DNA of 48,491 bases from Batkoa obscura (lineage: Eukaryota), in contig JASVEC010000117.1 in NCBI GenBank assembly GCA_030770535.1, positions 1-48,491 on the forward strand, read 5' to 3'. The notes beneath the pieces are model-generated. The model had not been told where the DNA came from. It did no database searches and saw nothing but the letters and a program-made list of their open reading frames with translations. A program made the translations under genes and the position numbers. Below, one piece after another: positions 24,324 through 34,442 of the stretch. Within the stretch, counting starts at the first letter, position 1. Each line of letters opens with the position of its first letter.

Positions 24324-25667
24324 GAATTATTTTATTTATAAATTAGCCTAAATAAAGCTGATCATATAAAGTTTTTAGTTTCATTATTTCTCCTATTTCT
24401 TAAATGCTATTGAAATAGAAAAGCTATTGTAAAATTTCTAGATAAAAGAACATATTTTTATTACATTTATTATTAATATATTAGTAATTTATAAAATAAT
24501 AAAATAGTAAAAAAGTTTATATTTTATGTAACTTAAAGTACAATACAAGCTTAGCTTTATGTATATTATAAATAACTTTTAATAATCTTTATTTAATTAC
24601 CATATATTTTTTTCAATTTAATTTAATAGCTTATGGCTATAACCCAGCATATAAATTTTAAATCAGTCTAGATCAATCTACTTCATATGATACTATAAAA
24701 TTTTCACAAAAAATTTATAGATAATATTAGGGATCAAAAAATTAAATATCACTGTATAATAAAAAACCCTATTTGAAAAAATTAAGATAAAGAACTTAGT
24801 TGCTGTTTTTTAAATAAACCCAAAGTCTATTAATAAAACTTATAGCATATTAATTAGTTGTATAAAATAATGCTAATAGTAAATACATAATAACATGAGC
24901 TTAATAAAAGGCAGTTCGTAGAAAATAAAAAAAAGATAAAAAATAATCAAGTATTGATCCATAAATTAAAGGGGCGCACTCATCAGCTGTATTTCTCGAA
25001 TATGGGCTTAAATAAGACAGTAATTAATTAGTAAAATGTTTTAACAAAAGCTAAAGGGTTTGATATGAGGTTATTAAATTGACAAATAAAGAACCAGAAT
25101 TGTAATTTTGTAGGGGAAAAGAAATCGAGAACAAAACAAGGCTATGAATAATGGCTAAAAATCAATAGATGTATTAGGACTTTATAATCTTGGAAGCTAA
25201 TAGCGAAACGTAGTTTTACTTTGGTTTGAACCCTGCAATAAAGTTAAAATCTGGGTATTAAAAAACAAATATAAAGGCTATTATCAAATTCAAGTTGAAA
25301 GCTGATTAGCAGATCAATATAAATTGTTACTATCAAGTTTGTATAGGAATCATTAATAAATGGGTACATTTATTATACGGGATAAACGTAAGGATGAAAT
25401 AAGATGAATGGTTAGCTGATTTAAGTATATTATAGTGTTATATATTTTGAGGAAGTGAAAAAAAAGATTCTATTTTAAAACACTTAGCTAATATTGTAAA
25501 ATCAATTAGATTTATATTATCACAATTTAATTAACTAATTTGGTAATGCGATAAGCAGAAATCTCCTGAATTGGAAGGTTATAAAAAGGATAAAGTATTT
25601 AAGGAGAAACAAAATAATCTAAATGAATATTTAAAAAAGCATAATCGACAATAGCAATAATCAAAAC

Positions 25668-26297
25668 ATGGAAGTGCTACCAGAGTATAATATGATCAGT
25701 GAATCAACTGAGTTACCTAGCTATCATATGCCACTTAAACAGTTTACAATCAAGAGTAAACTATCATTAGATGCTAGGGTCTATAAATGTAATTGGAATG
25801 TATTTGAAAAGGATAGTGGTATCATATGGTACAAGTTATATCCTAGCTTACGCGGTGTTTCTCTAAAAGAGAGTAACAAATTGGCTTTGATTGATTTAAT
25901 TCAAATCCCTTCGAGTAAGTCTGACTTGAAATTATATAATTTCATCATTAACGGCAACTTACAAAACTCCAGAGTTACCATGGAAGTCCAAAGCAATGAC
26001 AAAGAGCTAATCTATTATATTAATATCTGTAAAACCGATCTCAAAGACCGAGGTAAAAAAACTTATTGTATCAGTAAAAGGCCAGCTAACAACGCCAATG
26101 GTTTTGTTTGGTGTTTATATAATGTAGAATACCGTAATGAGATTTTGGCTATGTTTACATTGTCATTTTCATGCCAAAAAATAGCTGGTATCTCATTTTA
26201 CGATAATATTCCACTCTTCGAGTATCATATTTTTTTAACTTCTATCTCTCAATATTTGTTACATTTATCTTCTATACACTCTAATTTGGCCTCTTAA
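25668..26297 (+). CDS. Tandem-LPxY family protein 7 (209 aa)
   Basis: LPEY-x8-LPSY. Ungapped match to 21946-22575. Confidence 0.92.
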   Translation: MEVLPEYNMISESTELPSYHMPLKQFTIKSKLSLDARVYKCNWNVFEKDSGIIWYKLYPSLRGVSLKESNKLALIDLIQIPSSKSDLKLYNFIINGNLQNSRVTMEVQSNDKELIYYINICKTDLKDRGKKTYCISKRPANNANGFVWCLYNVEYRNEILAMFTLSFSCQKIAGISFYDNIPLFEYHIFLTSISQYLLHLSSIHSNLAS

Positions 26298-26619
26298 GCT
26301 ATCAAGTTATTTTTAAACTTGCCTATTTATGATCCTTATCACTAAAATCATTATTATATATGCATTAAATTGATGTAAAATATAAAAGTTTATAAATATT
26401 TAATCTAGTATTAGAACAAAATGAAGTTTATTTATTATAAAGTTTTTGTCAATCATTCATTTATTACAAAAAACTAATGTTTGAAGTGAAAAATTGGTTT
26501 AATACTATTATTTTATATTGAAATGTTACTCAAATGACTTTTAGGCTAAATTGATACAAACGTACCTTTTGAAAATTTATTTTTAATAGTGACATTAATG
26601 TACCAAAAGTACTGATACC

Positions 26620-28287
26620 TTATTTTTTTTTCTTATTATCATTGATATGAATCTTTGATTGTACAGCTTCTATTGCTTTAGTTGCAATAAAACAACTAAA
26701 TCGAATGGTAAAAAACAAAACAAAGCAAAGGATTAAAATGTTAGCTAGATAGATATCCAAATTATACTTTACAAAGGGGCTTAGCTTCATACTTGGATGA
26801 ATAAGATGAGTCAACTCACAAGGTGTAGTATCCTTATTTGGATTAAATGGACTAAATGGTCTACATAATTTGGCAAGTTCAATATGTTTAATAATAACGT
26901 TTGAAGCAATTTCAATTCTTTTTTGAGTACCACTTGTAATCAATTGGTACTTCTTACTATTTAATTTATATTTGCCATCTTCATCTTTAAGTATTATTCT
27001 GATGCTATCGATCACCTGGTTGCTTTCAACCCTATTTAACTCAAAGTTTATTCCAATACCCATCTCCTTAATCTTTTTACAATTCATAAGTTGATCGCCT
27101 AAAATGGGTAGGCAAAGAATAGACGTTGCTGTCATAGTAGCTTCAGTAATGGATTCTAATCCACCATGAGATAAAAATAGTTTTGTGTTCTTATGGTTTA
27201 AAATGGAATATTGTGGTGCCCATTTTAACAGCTGGATATTAGGATATTCATTGTTGATCATCTTTTTTATATAATAAACCGTATCCCCTACTTTAATCTC
27301 TTCAGACAGCCCTTCTATCCCAGTGATTCCTAGACCCCATACGACTCCATCAATCACTTTAGTTTCAATTGAATATAAGATTGAATACATTAGTTTATAC
27401 ATTATATTGGAGTCTAAAGCAACCGAAGAACCAAAAGCAACGTATAAGATGTTATTACTATTATTTAAAAGATTGACGACACCTGGATATTCTTTTTCAT
27501 TTATCTCAGTATGTTCCGATACCTTAGATAATGGTCCAATAGTATGAAAATTGGGTGGAGCTTTAGCTGGTATTTCAAATCCAAAATACGAGTTAGCGAT
27601 AGCTATAGCATATTTTAGGTCACCAAAAAAAGCCTTTGACTTGATTTCATGTTTCAATCGACTTTGAGTAATCTGGTATTCTACTGATTTTCTGATCCAC
27701 ATTGTCTTTAGCCTTAGCATAAATTTATAATAATATCTTTGGAAAAAGTTTAGACCATCTAAAGTCAATGGGCCCATCCCGTTAATAGTTGTTTTGTACC
27801 CTTCACCTAATTCAGGCACTATATCCAAAGTTTGAAAACCCACTACCAATGGTACACCATGCATATAAGCTACATCTTGGCATGCACTGGATAGGAAATC
27901 ACAAATAAATAAATCAAATTTTGATTCTTTGTTTAAATTGGATAAATTGATATAATTTTCAGAATGTAACCTAGATAGTATAAATGGTGCTGATTTGAGT
28001 AAATTTTTATTGATGTTTTTTGTACTTGAATCGATAGTTGAGGTTGAATCAGAGTGATAGTTTATATCGGGCAGGGCAAGCTGAGTCACATTATATCCTT
28101 GACTAAATGCCAACTTATCTCGTTGAGTTGCATAAACTACTTGATGGCCTAAACTACTCAGATAATCACTTATCTCTAATATGGCCTTGATATGTGATTT
28201 GGTACCGAAATCGTTATGGATTAGTATTTTGTAGCTGAAACTAAAGCTTATACAAAGCAATAATAGAATTGAAGGTAGTACCATCAT
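26620..28287 (-). CDS. UDP-glycosyltransferase (GT1), type I ER-membrane topology
   Basis: Signal peptide, catalytic-His region GTKSHI, FDLFICDF, YVAFGS, and the UGT signature WAPQYSILNH...FLSHGGLESITEA...LPILGDQLMN. C-terminal TM helix and KKKK tail. Intronless. Confidence 0.95.
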   Translation of the reverse strand: MMVLPSILLLLCISFSFSYKILIHNDFGTKSHIKAILEISDYLSSLGHQVVYATQRDKLAFSQGYNVTQLALPDINYHSDSTSTIDSSTKNINKNLLKSAPFILSRLHSENYINLSNLNKESKFDLFICDFLSSACQDVAYMHGVPLVVGFQTLDIVPELGEGYKTTINGMGPLTLDGLNFFQRYYYKFMLRLKTMWIRKSVEYQITQSRLKHEIKSKAFFGDLKYAIAIANSYFGFEIPAKAPPNFHTIGPLSKVSEHTEINEKEYPGVVNLLNNSNNILYVAFGSSVALDSNIMYKLMYSILYSIETKVIDGVVWGLGITGIEGLSEEIKVGDTVYYIKKMINNEYPNIQLLKWAPQYSILNHKNTKLFLSHGGLESITEATMTATSILCLPILGDQLMNCKKIKEMGIGINFELNRVESNQVIDSIRIILKDEDGKYKLNSKKYQLITSGTQKRIEIASNVIIKHIELAKLCRPFSPFNPNKDTTPCELTHLIHPSMKLSPFVKYNLDIYLANILILCFVLFFTIRFSCFIATKAIEAVQSKIHINDNKKKK

Positions 28288-30074
28288 TCTAGGTTTAATT
28301 TAGTAGAAGTGATCTTTTTTTTAAAAAAATTAGTATTCGATAGGGTTTTATAGTTTTAAAAACAGAGCTATTTACTTTTTGTGACTTCATTGTATTTATA
28401 ATTATCATAGTTTAGTTCACGACTTTTATATGCGTTATGATTTAGTTTCTATACCTATTTTTGTACATTTACTATATTCAGGATTTTTTTTAATAATTGA
28501 TTATTTTGTAGTTTTTATTCAAATTAGTTTTTACATCAACAAAACAACGATAAAGATAAGGTAATATACTAACATTGTATTTGGTTGTATCTTACTTGTT
28601 TCAGTTAAAGTTACAAATTACATATTTTATATTAGTTTTATGTTTGATGTTTAAATTTGCTATTTTAGCATTTATTATTATTTCTTTATCTAGTTTGAAA
28701 ATTGCCTTTTATAAAAGTGTTAATTAATTTTTAATATATTAAATCAGGAACAACACTTATTGTGTAAGGCTTCAAAAGACAATATAAGGCATAGGTTCTT
28801 TACTCATCCCCTTAATAAGCCACTCTAGCTGTTCTAGTCATGCGTCTTAATTTTAGGACTGGACAAAAATAACTTTAATATTTTTAAAACTGCTTCGACT
28901 TTCAATTCTCAATTTATGTTATTTGTGGTTAATTTCTGCTCCCTAGTTTTCTAGCATTTATATTGAATGGAAAATTTGGTAAATTTGGAAACCCTTATTT
29001 AGTAACATTAGATTAGCTTCAAATCAAGTCATTACCGAGATCTTGGTCTCCTGGCTTATTGTTACCCTTTCATAAATTGTTTAAATCCTTTGTAAATAGC
29101 AGATTTAAGGGCATTGATCTTTTGAGTTTTAAAAAGTGTTATAGATTAACAGTATCAAAGTTTTAATGTCTTATTGTTACATACTTTATAAGCCCTTGAT
29201 TTAAAAGGTATTATAATAAAAAACGTATCTACTGGTTTAAAATTATCATAAATAAAATAGAGTTATGATTTAAAATTATTAAAATAATTTATTTAAATAT
29301 ATTAACTTTAAAATTTACTAAAATTTATTTTAAAAATTAAAACTTGATATTTTGAATAAATAGAAATCACTTCCACATTCCAACTATACAAACCGAATAA
29401 CTTAGCATATACTTTACATGCTAAGGCATACTATAGATGAGCAAAGTGTATATCCTTCAGTGCTAAAACTTATTAATTAGATAACAGTAGCAATTAACTT
29501 TGCATTTAGAATATCAAAGTCTATTTAGAGCCTCCTTCCGCAAAATAGTATCCAGAATAGGCTTCGCCCTAGAATATAAGACAAAGAGCAACTGTTAATA
29601 AAGTGATCGGTAACTTTAAATCAAATTTATAGAATGCTTCAACTACATCTGATTGTATGTTTGGGTTTGTTTATAAAAAAGAAACCATTTTTTTATTTTT
29701 TATCATAATTTTTTTTAATTAGTATACTATTTCAGGATTAAACTTGTATATTTTTAGGGTTATTTAATAGCTTACAAACTGATTTCTATATATTTAATAG
29801 ATCAATTGAATGTAGTTGTTTAAAAATAAACTCCATTTTAGAAATTGATAATTTAGTTTATTTAGATTTAAAGCAAAAGCTTTTCAATTAAAAATTCATT
29901 ACTTAATTGGTTAGGGTTAGTTTCAAAATTCACTAGTTTTAGATGTTTTTTATATGAATTTAATAAAACATAATTGAAAGTTTTAAGCTTCAAAAAATGG
30001 TCAAATAACAAACAGAAACAAAAATTTCAAAACAATTTTGAATTTTTTTCATTTTCAAACAAGTTTAAAAAGAA

Positions 30075-31099
30075 ATGAGTTCCAAACTTGGATTAGTAAA
30101 TTATAGTGATGATAGTGATGATAACAATAATGAAGAGATAGAAATAAAAGTATTAAAGGATAGTAAGTAATCGTATATAATATATCTATTAATGAATTAA
30201 GTGTATAATATAAACTATATAACTTATTCAAGAAAACAATGGGAAATTGGATAATAAAAAAGATACTAAAATTAATGGTAAGAATAAATATTCTATATTA
30301 GATATGAGATCAATTAATACTAATGATAAATATAAAGTTAAAAAGGATGAATTAGAAATTGAAAAGCATAATAAAAAACAGTTGAAATTTGAAGAATCAA
30401 AAGAATCAAAAGAATCAAAAGAATCAAAAGATAGTAAAGAATCCGAAGCAATTAACTTTCCAAGTAATAAAAGCAAAGCGAAATTAACTGCTGAAGAATT
30501 GTGGAATAAGCGTAACTTTTTATTAACTCCAAAACCATTTCCTCGTTGTGAATTATTTGAAATACCACCTCCTAGCATCCATTCCGCTACTGAAGAAATT
30601 GTTTCCAAGTTTAATCGCTTTCATCAAAGCATGAAACAAAATCAATATTCTGTATTAGAAAGAATGACTGCTAATAATAAATTTCAGAACCCTGAACTTT
30701 ATGATAAATTACTAAGTCAATGGGAACTGGATCCATTTGGCAGTAATTTTCAAGTGGATATGGTTAACCCTAAATGGTTTGTGGATTATGCAGAAAAGAA
30801 GAGAGACGATGAAAGGAGAAGGGATAAGGAAGGTAAGTTATGATTTATGGCTTATGATTTATATGATTAATGAATGGTTTCTATTTTATTTTAGAAGGTG
30901 ATAGAGAAGCTAAAGAAGTTCGAAAATCAATTGAGTTTGTTAATTCTGGAACTAAAGGGAGGGCTTTGAAAGATAATTTTTCAGGTAGAAGTAAAGATTT
31001 CTATATCATTAATTTATGTTGATATCTCATAAATTTTAACTAGGAAATAACCCATATATTCATAATAATAAACGATCTAAATGGGATCAAAGGAATTAA
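30075..31099 (+). CDS. SAP30-binding protein / HCNGP-like protein (4 exons)
   Basis: N-terminal MSSKLGLVNYSDDSDD, HCNGP-like core KFQNPELYDKLLSQWELDPFGSNF, C-terminal KRSKWDQ. GT-AG introns at ~30163-30232, ~30833-30895 and ~30985-31043. Confidence 0.8.
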
Positions 31100-31928
31100 A
31101 AATTATGAGTGAATATTTATTAAACTATTTTTTTTATAAATGCATTTGTTATTGTTATATTATTGTTATATTATTGTAATATAATAATTATAAAGGAGAT
31201 TGAATTGATATGATAATAGATTAGCTTGGAACCACATACTTGTATTTTGGAAAATATTTTATTTTATACTATAAATCCTTTTTATATAAGTTTTATATAT
31301 TAAAAAATAAAGCTGATTTTCACATTAAATACATTATTAACATAATCATATAAAAGGTATAGATACTTTGTATTTTTATTTTTAAACAAATAATATCCAA
31401 TTTATCATATAAATTAAAAATAAGAATTAAATTTACTAATTTGGCTTTGACAAAAAACTTAATTTAACTTCTATTAAGTTATTCATTATGTTTCAGACAT
31501 GTTCATTCAAATTGGTTGTTGATTTTTTTTAACTTGAACTTGAGAACTATATGTAATTCTTTATTTTTAAATTCAATTAAAAAAAGCTAACAACATATTG
31601 AAGCAAACAGTGTATTGAAGCATAATGAACAACCTAACATAAAAACTGATACTAACAAAAATAATTTAACCAATTAAATCTTCCAACGGATAAACTAAAA
31701 AAATCAGTAAAAAAAGAATAACAAAAGGAGTATAATCAACCATTAAATAGGTAAGAGTCAAAAAAGACGGAGAAAAATGAGTAGCATAAATTCAATAAAA
31801 ACTAAAGAACTAAAATTAATAAATTACTGTAATTTATTATATAACATCATCATAAAAATAACATTAAAAATTTTGGTTTTCTATTTCTTTATAACATATA
31901 ATAATTTTTTTAATAAGATAAAAATATA

Positions 31929-34318
31929 ATGGAAGATGAGAATTTAGAATTAAGACAACGAATAAGTTTATTAAATGCCCGAGAAAGTTTAGAGGAAGAA
32001 AGTTTATTAACACCAGTACAAGAAAAAGAAGAAGAACCTTTTAAAGAATCAGGTGAAGATGATAGGCATCCAAATTATGATGAAGAAGAACGAACTGGAT
32101 TATTAGGGGCTGATGAAGATGATGAAACTAGTTCCTTAGAAAAATTTATGATTCAAGATGATATAACTATGCCTACGTTAACCTTTCGATTTTGGATCTT
32201 AAGTCTCTTTTTTGGTAGTATTTTAGCTTTCACTAGTCAGTTTTTTTTCTTTCGAGCTACACCATTAACTGTTGGTGGATTTATTGTTCAATTATTAACT
32301 TATCCCATTGGACTATTTTTAGCTAAAATTTTACCTGAAAAAGAGATTAAAATATTTAATTGGAAATTTAGTCTCAACCCAGGTAAATTTAATGTTAAAG
32401 AACATTGTTTAATTACAGTAGCAGCTGGATCTTGTGCTTCTACAGCTTACGCTATGGATATTATTGTAGTCAAAAAATTATACTATAAACAACCGTTTAC
32501 TTTATTAGCTAGTTTTTTATTATTGTTTAGTTCTCAATTTATGGGTTATGGATTTGCAGGTATTTATCGGAAGTTATTAGTGAAACCCAGATCTATGATT
32601 TGGCCAAGTACTTTAGTTTCAGTTTCTTTGTTTCGAGCGTTACATGAAGGGAAAGAAAATCTAGCTATGAGTAATCGAAAGTTAAAAAAGTTTTTTATAA
32701 TAATGAGTTTATGTAGTTTCTTTTATTATTTCTTACCAGGATATCTGTTTACTTTTTTATCCTCAATATCTATCTTATGTTTAATATTTCCAAACTCAAT
32801 TATACCTCAACAGTTGGGATCAGGTATTCATGGTTTAGGTTTAATGTCCATTTCATTAGATTGGAATTCATTTACAAGTTATATTGGATCACCCTTAGTT
32901 ACTCCTTTTTGGGCACAATTAAATACCTTTATCGGTTTTGTTATTGTCTGTTGGATCTTGGTGCCATTAGGTTATTATTTCAATATATGGGATGCTCAAA
33001 ATTATCCCATATTCGGTAGTGGATTATATGACATTCATGGAAATACTTATGATCGTAGTAAAATTACACCAAATAATATGTTTAGTGAAGAAGCATATCA
33101 AAATTATTCTCCATTAAGATTGACTTTCTTTTTTTCATTTACATATGGTATTTCATTTGCAACATTAACATCCTTAATTACACATACTATTTTATATCAT
33201 GGAAAAGAAATTTATTTAAAAATTAGGAGTAAAAATAAAATTGATATTAATAGTATTAATAATGAGAATGAGAATGATAACAATAATAATAGTAATGATA
33301 ATGATAGTGATATTCATAATAAATTAATGAGTAATTATTCTCAAGTACCAACTTGGTGGTATTTTTTTACATTTATAATAAGTTTCGTTATGGCCATTGT
33401 AGTATGTGAGATTTATGATTTAACATTACCATGGTGGGGATTAATCTTAGCCGTCGTTATATCATTTGTATTTACATTACCAATTGGTATTGTAACAGCA
33501 ATAACAAATCAATCACCTGGTTTAAATGTGTTAACTGAATTCATTGCTGGTTATTTATTTCCTGGTTATCCAATTGCTAATGTTACCTTTAAAGTTTATG
33601 GCTTTATTACTATGGCACAAGCACTAAATTTTTTGGCGGATTTAAAGTTAGGTCATTATTTAAAAATACCACCCAAATCCATGTTTATTGCTCAATGTTT
33701 AGGTAAATTCAGTTGAGATTTATTAATACCATATTTATATTTAAAATTATAGGCACTTTATTAGCTATTATAATTAATTTAGTAACTGCTGAATGGTTAA
33801 TGAGTAGTATACCTAACATATGTACAAAAGAAGGATTTCCATGGACATGTCCAAGTAGTGATGTATTCTATTCTGCTTCAGTGATATGGGGATTAATTGG
33901 ACCTGAAAAAATGTTTGGGTTAAAATCAATTTATAATCCACTATTATATTCTTTTATAATAGGCTTAATCTTACCCATACCATTTTATTTAATATATTTA
34001 AAATATCCTAATTCTTGGGTCCAATATATACATATTCCTGTTATTATATCTGCCACAGCTATTTTACCTCCAGCTAGACCGGGTAATTTTTTAACTTGGA
34101 TTATGGTAGGGTTTATCTTTCATATTGTTATTCAAAGGTATTACAAAAAATGGTATGATTCTTTCCACTTAATACTATCCGCTGCATTAGATACTGGAGT
34201 GGCTTTTGCTGCTCTATTAATATTTTTTATCTTTGAATTGAATAATATTAAGTTAAACTGGTGGGGTAATACAAGTGATTTTCATTGTCCGTTAGCAAAC
34301 AAAGCGTTAAGTTCATGA
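31929..34318 (+). CDS. OPT-family oligopeptide transporter (2 exons)
   Basis: PTLTFRFW, NPGKFNVKEH, GSPLVTP, DLKLGHYLKIPPK, SVIWGLIGP and SAALDTG motifs. A 50-nt intron at 33703-33752 joins the two ORFs in frame. Confidence 0.96.
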
Positions 34319-34442
34319 GTTTATAAATTATTAATAGGTGTATTATATTAATAAACAATTCATTTAATAAGTATATAAAACAAAATAAAAAGTATAAAAA
34401 TTTTATTATTATTATATATTGTTTTTTTATTATTAATAAATC

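Larger units (their letters stand above)
23412..24870 (+). mobile_element. Heavily decayed Tc1/IS630-like DDE transposase relic
   Basis: Frameshifted, stop-riddled fragments occur in the expected order. An HTH-like MPKKIKVIITSNKRQKIIKSL...GVNRKGFENIAKRFK comes first, then ISNVIIFSHLKYKVIFILKQ, then NCIFIRKSSFNAYM at ~23930 (cf. NCxFIDESGFN), then LMAITQH and IDNIRDQK-like pieces. TIRs not found; boundaries approximate. Confidence 0.55.

Noticed and set aside
1..28287. Secondary-metabolite biosynthetic cluster
   Set aside because: There is no backbone synthase, dedicated transporter or pathway regulator in this block.
30391..30445. (GAATCAAAA)n repeat encoding ESKESKESK
   Set aside because: An ordinary coding minisatellite in a disordered region.
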